Origin: an uncultured Eubacteriales bacterium
Lineage (GTDB): Bacteria > Bacillota > Clostridia > Christensenellales > UBA1242
Assembly (NCBI GenBank): GCA_949841245.1
Contig: CATKYT010000002.1
Span: 7,227-71,226 of the forward strand
Length of the DNA stretch: 64,000 bases
Reading direction: 5' to 3'
Both the position numbers and the translations under genes were made by a program. The number at the start of each line of letters is the position of its first letter. The stretch's first letter is position 1. Shown one piece after another: positions 39,488 through 49,496 of this stretch. Below the pieces are notes generated by a model. The model made no database searches. It was not told the origin of the DNA and saw only the letters and a program-made list of their open reading frames with translations.

Positions 39488-40565
39488 AATTTAAACACTC
39501 TTTAATCAACATTTTTAATTTATCAATATTGTTTTTGTTTTTTGTGGAAAACAAAATTTGATTACTTTCAATTTCAATTGGCTTGGTCAATAAATCGCAT
39601 TTGTTAAGAACAACAATACGATTATTTGTTGCACCAAGGTCATCTAAAATTTTGTTTGTTATTTCAATGTTACGCTTGAAAAAACTGTCTGCCACATCCA
39701 CCACATGCAAAATTAAATCAGCGTTTTTTACTTCTTCCAAAGTGGCCGAAAAACTTTCCACAAGTTCGTGTGGGAGTTTGCTTATAAACCCAACTGTGTC
39801 GGTCAAAATGCAAAACTCATTATCAGCAAGAAAGAGTCGCCTGCTTGTCGTGTCAAGAGTGGCAAAAAGTTTGTCATCAGCATAAATGCTTTCTTTGGTT
39901 AAAAGATTGAAAAGAGAACTTTTTCCTGCATTAGTATAACCGCCCAAAACAACACTTTTAATTCCATTTTTTTCACGCAAGATTCTGTTTTGCTTGCGGT
40001 TGTTTTTAATCTTTTCAATTTCTTTTTCAAGAGTAACGATTTCGCTTTCAATCTTTCTTCTGTCTAGTTCAAGTTTTGTTTCACCAGGACCACGCATTCC
40101 AGCCCCCTTTCCCCCAAAACGGCCCTGACTTCCCGCCAAAGAAGAAAGTCTTGTAAGAAGATATTTATTTTGAGCAAGTTTAATTTCTGTTTTTCCTTCG
40201 CTTGACTTAGCATTCAAAGCAAAGATGTCAATAATAAGCATAATTCTGTCAAGCACCTTAACACCAAGTTCATCAGAAAGATTTTTCATTTGCGAGCCAG
40301 TAAGTTGAAAATCCACAACCAACAAATCACAAGGATTGTCACGCAAAAATTCTTTAATTTCTTCCACCTTACCGCTTCCCATAACTGTGCGTCTGTTAAA
40401 TGCGTCAACGCTTTGGCTGAAAATTTTAATGACTTCCAAATCCGCAGAAAAACACAGTCTGCTTATTTCTGCAAACTGATATTCTTTATCTCTGTCATCT
40501 TTAATCGGACAAAAAACAACGGCTTTTTCAATTTCTTTTTTGTCTACTTCATAAGTTTTACTCAT
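39486..40565 (-). CDS. hflX: GTPase HflX
   Basis: 359 aa; N-terminal HflX domain, GYTNAGKSSLFN P-loop, DTVGF, NKCD. Confidence 0.9.
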   Translation of the reverse strand: MSKTYEVDKKEIEKAVVFCPIKDDRDKEYQFAEISRLCFSADLEVIKIFSQSVDAFNRRTVMGSGKVEEIKEFLRDNPCDLLVVDFQLTGSQMKNLSDELGVKVLDRIMLIIDIFALNAKSSEGKTEIKLAQNKYLLTRLSSLAGSQGRFGGKGAGMRGPGETKLELDRRKIESEIVTLEKEIEKIKNNRKQNRILREKNGIKSVVLGGYTNAGKSSLFNLLTKESIYADDKLFATLDTTSRRLFLADNEFCILTDTVGFISKLPHELVESFSATLEEVKNADLILHVVDVADSFFKRNIEITNKILDDLGATNNRIVVLNKCDLLTKPIEIESNQILFSTKNKNNIDKLKMLIKECLN

Positions 40566-40614
40566 GAAATTATTTTATCACAAAAAACAAAATTAACAAA
40601 GCAAAAAGCAAAAT

Positions 40615-41283
40615 TTAGTTTGATTTTGCAAGTATTGTTCCTGTTTCTGCCGAAATAATTATGGAATAATTTTCTCCGTCAATGTTGTAAACAGTGAAAC
40701 ACCAAAAAATTTCTTCAAAGTTATTTGCATTTTTGTCAAGAACTCGCAAATAAAATTCTGAATTTAAGTTTTTGCCAGATTTCTTTAAAAGAATCTTTTT
40801 TTCAAACTCTTTGCAAGCAATTTCCAATGCTTTATCACTTGAAATTGCAAATTGGTTTGAAATTGCCACCATATCGACTGTTTGGTCGTTTAAACTCAAC
40901 ACAATTTTTTCATTTCCTGTAAGTTGTCTTTCAAAATCATACATATAAGTGCCGTTAAGTGTGTTTAATTCCATATCCACAACTTGCTTTTCTTCATCAA
41001 TTTCAATGGTAACCCTGACTAATGATGAATTTGGAACAGTGTCAAACTTAATACACAGTAAAGCAAAATCAACTACATCTCCACTTAGCCCATTTGTTTC
41101 ATAATCTTCTTCTCGAACTCCCGAACTTAAAGTGCAATAAAAGGCATCAGTTTCCCCACAAAAATAAGATTTAGTCCACTCGGACATATTTTGTTTCACC
41201 ACTTCCAAGGTTGGTGTTTTACATCCAAAAAATGAAAAGCAAACAGCAACAAGCAAACACAAAACAAACAATTTCTTTTTCAT
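40615..41283 (-). CDS. Hypothetical lipoprotein
   Basis: Start trimmed to the second ATG (41283; GGAG 8 nt upstream). Signal MKKKLFVLCLLVAVCFSFFGC with lipobox FFGC. Confidence 0.6.
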   Translation of the reverse strand: MKKKLFVLCLLVAVCFSFFGCKTPTLEVVKQNMSEWTKSYFCGETDAFYCTLSSGVREEDYETNGLSGDVVDFALLCIKFDTVPNSSLVRVTIEIDEEKQVVDMELNTLNGTYMYDFERQLTGNEKIVLSLNDQTVDMVAISNQFAISSDKALEIACKEFEKKILLKKSGKNLNSEFYLRVLDKNANNFEEIFWCFTVYNIDGENYSIIISAETGTILAKSN

Positions 41284-41373
41284 AAAAAACTCCATAAAAC
41301 TTGTTTATTAACCAAATATATGTTTGCAAATTTTTAAAAATGTGCTAAACTATTTAAGTTAAAAGGAATTTTT

Positions 41374-42294
41374 ATGAAAACATTAAAATTTTATCTTAAA
41401 GATTGCAACAAAAATGGATATTGCCTAGGGGCATACAATTTTATCAACATGGAATTTTTAAAAGGAATTTGTGAAGGATGCAAAGCAACCAATTCGCCAG
41501 CGTTTCTTTCAGTCAGCGAAGGTGCTTTTGATTATATGGACGCAAACTTTGTGAAAGCAATGTTTGATGCCGTTAAAAAGGAATATAAAATTCCATTCTT
41601 TTTGCATCTTGACCACGGCAAAAGTTTTGACATGTGCAAAAAGGCAATAAATTGTGGCTTTGACAGTGTCATGATTGACGGAAGTTCTTTGTCTTTTGAA
41701 GACAACATCAAACTTACAAAAAAAGTGGTGGACTATGCACATAAAAACAATGTGCTTGTCGAAGCCGAACTTGGTGTGCTTGCTGGTGTTGAAGACACTG
41801 TTAAAGCCGACAAATCAATTTATACTGACCCACAAAAAGCCAAAGAATTTGTGGAAAAAACAGGATGTGACACTTTGGCTGTCGCCATAGGAACAAGCCA
41901 TGGTGCCTATAAATTTAAAGGCGAACAAAAAATTCGTTTTGACATCTTAAAAGAAATTGAGAAAGCAATTCCAAACACACCACTTGTGCTTCATGGTGCT
42001 TCCAGTGTTCCACAAGAATATGTTGAAATAATAAATCAAAATGGTGGAGAACTTCAAGGTGCTGTTGGCATTCCAGAGAAATTTCTTACAAAAGCAGCAA
42101 CAAGCCACCATATCATAAAGATAAACACCGACACTGATTTAAGATTGGCTTACATGGCAACATTAAGAAAACATATGAAAGAAAACCCAAAGAATTTTGA
42201 CATCAGAAAAGCAAACAAATTGGCAATAGAAAAAATTGCCGAACTTGTAATCAAGAAAAACACAAAGGTGTTTAAATGCAAAGACAGAATATAA
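41374..42294 (+). CDS. fba: Class II fructose-bisphosphate aldolase
   Basis: 306 aa; HLDHG, GTSHGAYK, LVLHGASS motifs. Confidence 0.9.
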   Translation: MKTLKFYLKDCNKNGYCLGAYNFINMEFLKGICEGCKATNSPAFLSVSEGAFDYMDANFVKAMFDAVKKEYKIPFFLHLDHGKSFDMCKKAINCGFDSVMIDGSSLSFEDNIKLTKKVVDYAHKNNVLVEAELGVLAGVEDTVKADKSIYTDPQKAKEFVEKTGCDTLAVAIGTSHGAYKFKGEQKIRFDILKEIEKAIPNTPLVLHGASSVPQEYVEIINQNGGELQGAVGIPEKFLTKAATSHHIIKINTDTDLRLAYMATLRKHMKENPKNFDIRKANKLAIEKIAELVIKKNTKVFKCKDRI

Positions 42295-43028
42295 GAAGAA
42301 ACAACGACGTTTCACATGAAGGTCACAGACTCAGACTGACAGATTTGGTGGAAAAAGCAGGCATAGAAAATGTCAGTAATATTCAATCTGTTGAATTTTT
42401 CTTGACATACATATTTCCGCGTGGCGATGTAAATCCACTTGCACACAGATTGCTGGACAGATATGGCACATTTGGAAACATTATTGATGCCAGCGTAAAC
42501 GATTTAATAAATGTAGATGGCATAAACAAAAGAAGTGCCAAGAAAATTAAATTGTTTGGTGAATTGATGTATCTTTATTCGTCTTCCAAAATGACAAAAA
42601 GTTTAAGCATAAACAACACTGGCGAATTTTTAGATGCCATGGAAGAACTTTTGCGTTTTCACAACACTGAAAGTTTGTTTTTATTTGCCTTTGACCATGG
42701 TTACAACTTTATACAAAAACGCAGATATGATTTAAAACAAGTCCGCGAAGTCGGAATAGATCCATTGGAATTTTATGAATTTATTTATTCCACAAGACTT
42801 TCTTATTTGGCAGTCGCCCACAATCATCCAAGTGGCACAGCATTGCCATCGCCAGATGACCACAATGCGGTTCAACGAATAAACCATTTAATGATCAACC
42901 TTTCTTGCGAATTTTTTGACAGTTTCATTGTTGGCAGAGATGGAATTTACAGTCAACGCCAAGAAAGTTTTGTCAGAATTTTTGAATCTGTTGACAACAT
43001 AATAAACTTTCTTCAAGCAAAAAAATAA
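42276..43028 (+). CDS. radC: RadC-like JAB/MPN domain protein, paralogue 1
   Basis: N-terminal GHRLRL..FFLTYIFPRGDVNPLAHRLLDRYGTF..; JAMM motif VAHNHPSGTALPSPDD. Overlaps the fba end by 19 nt. Confidence 0.8.
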   Translation: MQRQNIRRNNDVSHEGHRLRLTDLVEKAGIENVSNIQSVEFFLTYIFPRGDVNPLAHRLLDRYGTFGNIIDASVNDLINVDGINKRSAKKIKLFGELMYLYSSSKMTKSLSINNTGEFLDAMEELLRFHNTESLFLFAFDHGYNFIQKRRYDLKQVREVGIDPLEFYEFIYSTRLSYLAVAHNHPSGTALPSPDDHNAVQRINHLMINLSCEFFDSFIVGRDGIYSQRQESFVRIFESVDNIINFLQAKK

Positions 43029-43113
43029 TTTTTAAGCCATGAATTAAAAAAAACACTTTAACTGTTTTGATAAAGCGTTTTTTTAATTATTTAAAATTAT
43101 TTTATATTTCTCT

Positions 43114-43899
43114 TTATTTCAATTTAAAGAATGTGGTTGGTCGCGTCAGAGCAACATCAATTTTAAAGCCGTCCCCTTCCACCAAATCATGTTGCGCAAG
43201 GCGGTCTGTTATGTAATTAAACGCCAAGTCAGGAGAATTGGTGTCTTTACTTAAATGAGCCAAAACAATTTGCTTTGTCCCCGTCTGCACAAGTTTTTCA
43301 ATCAAGTCTTTACTTGCATCATTGGACAAATGACCATTTTTACCAGCAATTCTCATGCGTGTTGCAAGCGGATATTTTTCACAGTTTTTAAGAAGCATTT
43401 GGTCATAATTTGCCTCTACATAAACCAACTGACTTCCTTTAATGTTTTCAAAAATTTGTTCTGTCGTATGCCCTAAATCTGTTAATATGCTGATTTTTTT
43501 GTCATTTTCAGTTAAACTGAAACCAAAACATTTTACATCATGCGGAACTTCCACAGGATTAATTAACAAATCTTTAATTGCAAATGTATCTGAAAAAATT
43601 TTTTTGTTTCTTTCAGAAATTTTGTCAAGTTTATCACAAAGTCCTGTTTTCCAAACTTCATCATGTGCATAAACAGGCACACCAAACTTTCTGGAAAAAA
43701 CATCAACACCTTTAATGTGGTCAGAATGTTCATGCGTAACCAAAACGGCATCTATGTGATTTGCATCTACACCCAAAAGCGATAACCTTTCACAAGTCTG
43801 TTTACATGAAAGACCAACATCCACCAAAATGCGTGAATGTTCTGTTTCAACATAAGTAAGATTTCCTTCACTTCCAGATGACAAATTGATAACTCTCAT
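43114..43899 (-). CDS. MBL-fold metallo-hydrolase (YycJ/WalJ-like)
   Basis: 261 aa; SGSEGN..THEHSDH motif. Confidence 0.8.
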   Translation of the reverse strand: MRVINLSSGSEGNLTYVETEHSRILVDVGLSCKQTCERLSLLGVDANHIDAVLVTHEHSDHIKGVDVFSRKFGVPVYAHDEVWKTGLCDKLDKISERNKKIFSDTFAIKDLLINPVEVPHDVKCFGFSLTENDKKISILTDLGHTTEQIFENIKGSQLVYVEANYDQMLLKNCEKYPLATRMRIAGKNGHLSNDASKDLIEKLVQTGTKQIVLAHLSKDTNSPDLAFNYITDRLAQHDLVEGDGFKIDVALTRPTTFFKLK

Positions 43900-43967
43900 G
43901 ATGCACTTATTTTAACATGCTTCAACAAATTTGTCAATCAACAGTGCCAAACAAAAAAGCAAGAAGT

Positions 43968-44171
43968 TTAATCTTCTCGCCCTACAAGATAGTCAATTGA
44001 AACTTTGAAAAAGTCCGCCAAAACAATAACACCTTCAATATTTGGAATTCTTAAATTCGCTTCCCAATGTTGTATTGTTGATTTAGGCATCTTACATTCT
44101 TTTGCTAATTGTTCTTGAGTCAAACCCAATTCCAATCTCAATTCTTTTAATCTCTCTGAAAACTTATTCAT
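43968..44171 (-). CDS. XRE-family HTH regulator (67 aa)
   Basis: MNKFSERLKELRLELGLTQEQLAKE.. is an HTH_3-type sequence. Confidence 0.85.
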   Translation of the reverse strand: MNKFSERLKELRLELGLTQEQLAKECKMPKSTIQHWEANLRIPNIEGVIVLADFFKVSIDYLVGRED

Positions 44172-44279
44172 TTTTTTATTTAATCTTCTCGCCCTACAAG
44201 ATAGTCAATTGAAACTTTAAAAAAGTCCGCCAAAACAATAACACCTTCAATGTTTGGAATTCTTAAATTTGCTTCCCAA
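43968..44279 (-). repeat. Tandem duplication (212-nt period) of the XRE gene 3' halves
   Basis: 43968..44067 and 44180..44279 differ at 3 of 100 positions by eye. The encoded C-terminal 31 aa are identical. Confidence 0.85.
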
Positions 44280-44383
44280 AATTGAATGGTAGTTCTTGGT
44301 ATACCACTTTCATCAGCAAGTTGTTGTTGAGTTAGACCCAATTCCAATCTTAATTCTTTCAATCTTTCTGGAAATTTACTCAT
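44180..44383 (-). CDS. XRE-family HTH regulator (67 aa), tandem paralogue
   Basis: Start trimmed to ATG 44383 (MSKFPERLKELRLELGLTQQQLADE..). The longer ORF-track N-terminus is hydrophobic and non-homologous. Confidence 0.8.
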   Translation of the reverse strand: MSKFPERLKELRLELGLTQQQLADESGIPRTTIQFWEANLRIPNIEGVIVLADFFKVSIDYLVGRED

Positions 44384-44400
44384 TATTTTCTCAATTAATA

Positions 44401-44412
44401 ACACAATTGTGT
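44401..44412. promoter_or_regulatory. Perfect 12-bp palindrome ACACAATTGTGT (operator-like)
   Basis: Lies 18-29 nt upstream of ATG 44383, just downstream of an extended -10 (TGgTAATAT, minus strand). It sits in the divergent HTH intergenic region. Confidence 0.45.
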
Positions 44413-44448
44413 CATAAATGAATATTACCACAATGGATAAAAAAATAC

Positions 44449-44477
44449 TTGACATGATGCTATTGCATCTTTATACT
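44449..44477 (+). promoter_or_regulatory. Predicted promoter of the plus-strand HTH gene
   Basis: TTGACA (44449..44454), 17 nt, TATACT (44472..44477). Confidence 0.55.
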
Positions 44478-44513
44478 ATAAGCATTAAATATCATTTTAT
44501 AAAGGAGAAAAAT

Positions 44514-44711
44514 ATGAAAATAAATTCTTATTTAATTGAAAACTACATAACAGAAAAAAATATATCACCAAAAATGTTGGCAGAAAAATGTGGAATTTCA
44601 CATCACTGTATGAAACAAATTTTAAGTGGAGATTGCAAAGTCAAGATTGACAAACTTTATAAACTTTGTGCTTACACCAAATTGAAAGCCAATAACTTAT
44701 TGTTTTTATAA
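44514..44711 (+). CDS. Small HTH (XRE-like) protein (65 aa)
   Basis: Start trimmed to ATG 44514 (AAAGGAG SD). ..ISPKMLAEKCGISHHCMKQILSG.. is helix-turn-helix-like. Confidence 0.6.
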   Translation: MKINSYLIENYITEKNISPKMLAEKCGISHHCMKQILSGDCKVKIDKLYKLCAYTKLKANNLLFL

Positions 44712-44714
44712 AAA

Positions 44715-44734
44715 AAAGGGTTTTGAAACCCTTT
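44715..44734. terminator. Bidirectional terminator
   Basis: Stem AAAGGGTT/AACCCTTT with loop TTGA, A-run before and T-rich after. It overlaps the uvrA stop. Confidence 0.6.
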
Positions 44735-47549
44735 AATTTTCTAAAACTTTTTTCAAAAACTGACCAGTATAACTTTCTTTGACTTTGGCAATTTCTTCTG
44801 GTGTTCCAGTTGCAACAATTGTCCCACCTTCATCACCGCCTTCTGGTCCAATGTCAATGATGTAATCAGCACATTTAATGACATCTAAGTTATGCTCAAT
44901 CACAACAACTGAATTTCCATTCCCAATAAGTCTGTCTAAAATGCTGACAAGTTTTTTCACATCAAAAACATGAAGTCCCGTTGTAGGCTCATCCAAAATG
45001 TAAAGTGTTTTACCAGTGTCACGGCGGGAAAGTTCTGTTGCCAACTTAACTCTTTGTGCTTCACCGCCAGAAAGTGTGGTGGCTGGCTGACCAAGTTTGA
45101 TGTAAGAAAGCCCAACATCATACAACGCTTGCAATTTTGATTTAATGGAATTATGATTTTCAAAAAATTGCAATGCTTCTTCCACAGTCATATCTAAAAC
45201 ATCACTGATAGTTTTGCCTTTATATTTGATTTCCAAAGTTTCACGGTTATAACGCTTTCCATGACAAACTTCACAAGGCACAGTAATGTCAGGTAAGAAA
45301 TACATTTCAATTTCTTTAACCCCAGCACCTTCACAAGTTTCACAGCGTCCGCCTTTTATGTTAAACGAAAATCTCCCTGCACCAAACCCGCGTGCTTTGG
45401 CATCAGGTGTGGCAGCATAAAGTTCTCTTATAGCTGTAAACATTCCTGTGTAAGTCGCTGGATTACTTCTTGGAGTTCTTCCAATTGGCGCTTGGTCGAT
45501 GTTGATGACTTTATCTAAAAGTTCGACATTCTTAATTTCTTTAAACTTACCTAATTCCAATTTGCTGTTGTTAAGCATATTTGAAAGATATGGGAAAAGC
45601 ACTCCGTTGACAAGACTGGATTTTCCGCTTCCCGAAACCCCAGTAATCACTGTCATTACGCCTGTTGGAATGTCAACATTAATGTTTTTTAAATTGTTTT
45701 CCTTAGCCCCAACAATTTTAAGATAATCTTTTGGTTTTCTACGCTGATTTGGAATGTCAATTTTTTCATCGCCACGCAAAAACTTGGCTGTTATGGACTT
45801 TTTGTTTTTCATAACTTCTTCCACTGTTCCACAAGCGACAATTTCTCCACCATGCACACCAGCATAAGGTCCAACATCCACAAGATAATCTGCGGCGCGA
45901 ATGGTGTCCTCATCGTGTTCCACAACAATAAGTGTGTTGCCCAAATCTTTCAACTTTTTAAGTGTAGCCAAAAGTTTTTCATTGTCTCGCTGATGCAACC
46001 CAATAGAAGGTTCATCCAAAATGTAAAGCACACCCATAAGTCCGCTTCCAATCTGTGTGGCAAGCCTGATTCTTTGTGCTTCCCCGCCAGATAATGTTTC
46101 GGCTGAACGATTTAATGTCAAATAACCAAGCCCCACATCTTGCAAATAAATTAATCTAGAAAAAATTTCTTTCAAAATTGGTTCAGCAATCTGAGTTTGC
46201 ACTTTGTCCAATTTAAGATCTTTAAAGACTTCAATTAAAGTTTTCACATTTTCGTCACAATAATCAAAAATATCTTTCTTATCAATCTTTACAGAAAGAG
46301 CAGATTCATTCAAACGTTTTCCATGACAAAGATAACAAGGTTGTTCTCTCATGAAACGACCAATTTCAAATTTCATATATTCACTTGTAGTTTCTTTGTA
46401 ACGGCGTCTAAGATTATTGACAATTCCTTCAAATGTCACTGTCATAAACTTTTTAGTGTTGGCATTTTCCACTTGCACTTCAATTTTTTCATCGCCAGAA
46501 CCGTAAAGCAAAATTTTAATTTTATCCTTTGGTAAATCTTTAACAGGCACATTTAAGTTAATGTCATATTTTTCTGCAAGAGAAACAAAATATGCTTTCG
46601 CCATTGTTCCATCTTCACATCTCCAACCAGTTAAATTAAATGCTCCATCCAAAATTGAAAGATGAGAATTTTTCATTACAATATTTTCATCAATATCCAT
46701 GGTGTAACCAAGACCAAGACAGTGTGGGCAAGCACCATATGGAGCATTAAAAGAAAATAATCTTGGAGAAATTTCTTCCAAAGTCCAGCCACATTCGGCA
46801 CATGCATAGTTGGTGGAAAAAAGTTCTCTTTTTTCATCTGTTGCCACCACAACCAAACCATCTGCAAGTTTTAAAGCAGTTTCAATACTTCCAGAAAGTC
46901 TTGCCATTTTGTCGCTTTTGATTGACATTCTGTCAATGACAACATTGATTTCATGTTTAATGTTTTTGTCAAGAGCAATTGTTTCATCCAAAGTAAAAAT
47001 ATTGCCATCAACTTCAACACGCACATAACCACTTTTTTTAAGGCTTTCAAAAAGTTTTTCGTGTCTACCCTTTTGACCACGAACAACAGGAGCCATAATT
47101 GTGATTTTTACATCTTCCCCAATTCCGGCAACAGCATCAACAATTTGGTCAATTGATTGTTGTTTTACTTCTCGATGACAATGTGGACAATAAGGAGTTC
47201 CCACACGAGCAAACAAAAGTCTTAAATAATCATAAATTTCAGTCACAGTTCCAACAGTAGAACGCGGATTTCTGTTTGTCGTTTTTTGGTCAATGGAAAT
47301 TGCTGGCGAAAGACCTTCAATAATTTCAACATCAGGTTTTTGAGCCGAACCTAAAAATTGGCGTGCATATGACGACAAACTTTCAATATATCTTCTTTGA
47401 CCTTCTGCAAATATAGTTCCAAAAGCAAGAGATGATTTGCCAGAGCCACTGACACCAGTAAACACAACAAATTTATCTCTTGGAATTTCCAAACTGACAT
47501 TTTTTAAATTATTTTCTTTTGCACCTTTAATTATAATCGAATTTTTCAT
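44733..47549 (-). CDS. uvrA: Excinuclease ABC subunit A
   Basis: 938 aa; two ABC modules (GVSGSGKSS twice; LSGGEAQR twice); zinc-finger Cys clusters. Confidence 0.97.
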   Translation of the reverse strand: MKNSIIIKGAKENNLKNVSLEIPRDKFVVFTGVSGSGKSSLAFGTIFAEGQRRYIESLSSYARQFLGSAQKPDVEIIEGLSPAISIDQKTTNRNPRSTVGTVTEIYDYLRLLFARVGTPYCPHCHREVKQQSIDQIVDAVAGIGEDVKITIMAPVVRGQKGRHEKLFESLKKSGYVRVEVDGNIFTLDETIALDKNIKHEINVVIDRMSIKSDKMARLSGSIETALKLADGLVVVATDEKRELFSTNYACAECGWTLEEISPRLFSFNAPYGACPHCLGLGYTMDIDENIVMKNSHLSILDGAFNLTGWRCEDGTMAKAYFVSLAEKYDINLNVPVKDLPKDKIKILLYGSGDEKIEVQVENANTKKFMTVTFEGIVNNLRRRYKETTSEYMKFEIGRFMREQPCYLCHGKRLNESALSVKIDKKDIFDYCDENVKTLIEVFKDLKLDKVQTQIAEPILKEIFSRLIYLQDVGLGYLTLNRSAETLSGGEAQRIRLATQIGSGLMGVLYILDEPSIGLHQRDNEKLLATLKKLKDLGNTLIVVEHDEDTIRAADYLVDVGPYAGVHGGEIVACGTVEEVMKNKKSITAKFLRGDEKIDIPNQRRKPKDYLKIVGAKENNLKNINVDIPTGVMTVITGVSGSGKSSLVNGVLFPYLSNMLNNSKLELGKFKEIKNVELLDKVINIDQAPIGRTPRSNPATYTGMFTAIRELYAATPDAKARGFGAGRFSFNIKGGRCETCEGAGVKEIEMYFLPDITVPCEVCHGKRYNRETLEIKYKGKTISDVLDMTVEEALQFFENHNSIKSKLQALYDVGLSYIKLGQPATTLSGGEAQRVKLATELSRRDTGKTLYILDEPTTGLHVFDVKKLVSILDRLIGNGNSVVVIEHNLDVIKCADYIIDIGPEGGDEGGTIVATGTPEEIAKVKESYTGQFLKKVLEN

Positions 47550-47690
47550 AACTGAATTATATCACAAACTAAGCAAAAATAAAAGAAGAATGCAACATTT
47601 TTTGAGTTTTATGTAATTATAAATTTTAATAAAATTAAGAAAAATTTTGAAAAAACATATAAAAATAACAAAAAAACGGCTTAAAACCGT

Positions 47691-49442
47691 TTATTTTGCT
47701 GTTTCAGCATATGTTTTATCTGTGTTGTAAAGACGCCTGTAATAGTCACTTTCTTTCATAAGTTGTTCATGGTTTCCTTGTGCCACAATGCGACCTTCTT
47801 CCATAAGATAAATGCAATCTGCATAGGTTATTGTTGAAAGTCTGTGTGCAATTAAAATTATGGTCATTCGATTTTTAAGGTTTTCAATTACTTTCATAAT
47901 TTCTTTCTGTGAAGCATTATCCAAAGCACTTGTGGCTTCATCAAAAATTAAAATCTTTACATCTCTCGCCAATGCTCTTGCTATGCAAATTTTTTGTCTT
48001 TGTCCACCTGAAAACTGACAACCCCCTTCCCCTATAATGCTGTCCAGTCCATTTGGAAGTTTTTTAATGTGATTAAAAATTCTTGTTTCTTTGCACAAAA
48101 CAAAAATTTCTTCATCAGTTATGTCGGGTTTTATAATTCTAAAATTGTCACGAATTGTTATGTTGAATATGTAAGGAAATTGATTGACAACAGCAATGTT
48201 GTTTTTGATAAAATCTTTATTAAGATTTTCAATCGGAACATTATCAAATAAAATTTTTCCTGCACTCTTTGTGTAAAGGTGAGCAATTAAATTTATGATG
48301 GTTGACTTTCCGCAACCACTTTCCCCCACAAAAGCGACAGTTTGTTTTGGCAAAATTTCAAAGGAAGTATTTTTCAAAACATCTTTCTTGTTGTCATAAG
48401 AAAACTTTACATTTTTAAAAATAATGTTTCCTGAAAAATCATCAATCGTGTCATTTCCATAATTGTCAATTTCATAAAAAGTTGGATTAGCAACGGCAAA
48501 AATTCTGCTTGCACAAACTTCGGCATTTCCCAGAGTTATTCTAAGGTCGCCAAACACAGTGGCAAAATCAAGGATATTGTCTTTATAAATAAAGCAAGTG
48601 TAAAAGATAAGTGGTGTCAAACAATCTTCACGCAAAAGATAAATACATAAAAAGATGAAAAAGAAATTGCAAACATATCTTGCAATGTTGGAAAATTGAT
48701 AAAGCGAAGAACCAACATACCATTCAAAATTGTCTTTTTTGTTGTAATTTAATTGGTCTTTTTTCATTATTTCCAAAATGTTATCCGAACAATTTAAGGT
48801 TTTAATGTCCTTAACACCACGAATTACTTCAATAATTTTGGAATTGACTTTTTCCGCAGAAGCCAAAACTCCGGGTTTATATTTTTTTAAATAATAAACA
48901 CGAACGGAATAGACAATTGAAGTCAAAACAATAACTCCAACCAAAAAAGTTCCCAACCAAACATTTAAGAAAAATATGTAAACTACATAAGCAAACTTAC
49001 GCAAAATGTTGACAATCTTGTTGGCAAAATCTGTAAACCTGACAGACAAATTGTCGATGTCAGAAGTCAGTCTTGTGACAATTAAACCGCTTCCCATTTC
49101 ATCATAACTTTTCATCTGAATTTCCAAAGCACTTTTTAAAATGTTTTGTTGAATGTCAAGTTTAGTTCGATTTTCCAACTGTTTTTGAAAATAAGTGTTT
49201 ACAATCGTCAAGATTGCTGCAAAAGAAGTAATTGCCAAACAAATGCCTGCATTAATAAGTGCTGCATCATAATCACCTGAGTTCATTATGCAGTCAATCA
49301 TCTTAGCCACAAACATGGCATCAAAAAAGAAAGCACAAGAACTTAAAATTAAGATAAAGACATACATAAACAAAAACACCCAATGTTTCATGTAATAATC
49401 TTTTAACAAAATTTTTAAACCCTTAAACTTTCTTCTTTTCAT
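47691..49442 (-). CDS. ABC transporter, fused permease/ATP-binding protein (type I exporter)
   Basis: 583 aa; N-terminal TM domain; Walker A GESGCGKST, signature FSGGQRQ, Walker B ILIFDEATS. Confidence 0.85.
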   Translation of the reverse strand: MKRRKFKGLKILLKDYYMKHWVFLFMYVFILILSSCAFFFDAMFVAKMIDCIMNSGDYDAALINAGICLAITSFAAILTIVNTYFQKQLENRTKLDIQQNILKSALEIQMKSYDEMGSGLIVTRLTSDIDNLSVRFTDFANKIVNILRKFAYVVYIFFLNVWLGTFLVGVIVLTSIVYSVRVYYLKKYKPGVLASAEKVNSKIIEVIRGVKDIKTLNCSDNILEIMKKDQLNYNKKDNFEWYVGSSLYQFSNIARYVCNFFFIFLCIYLLREDCLTPLIFYTCFIYKDNILDFATVFGDLRITLGNAEVCASRIFAVANPTFYEIDNYGNDTIDDFSGNIIFKNVKFSYDNKKDVLKNTSFEILPKQTVAFVGESGCGKSTIINLIAHLYTKSAGKILFDNVPIENLNKDFIKNNIAVVNQFPYIFNITIRDNFRIIKPDITDEEIFVLCKETRIFNHIKKLPNGLDSIIGEGGCQFSGGQRQKICIARALARDVKILIFDEATSALDNASQKEIMKVIENLKNRMTIILIAHRLSTITYADCIYLMEEGRIVAQGNHEQLMKESDYYRRLYNTDKTYAETAK

Positions 49443-49496
49443 CTATTGATTCCAATTAAAATATACATCAAAATGAAATCAATGTCAATTACAAAT

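Noticed and set aside
47550-49496. ABC exporter inserted between uvrB and uvrA as part of a novel repair-linked system
   Set aside because: It is an ordinary type I exporter with standard motifs, and a weak terminator-like hairpin separates it from uvrA. Adjacency alone does not support a functional link. It is noted only as context for the XRE-bracketed block.
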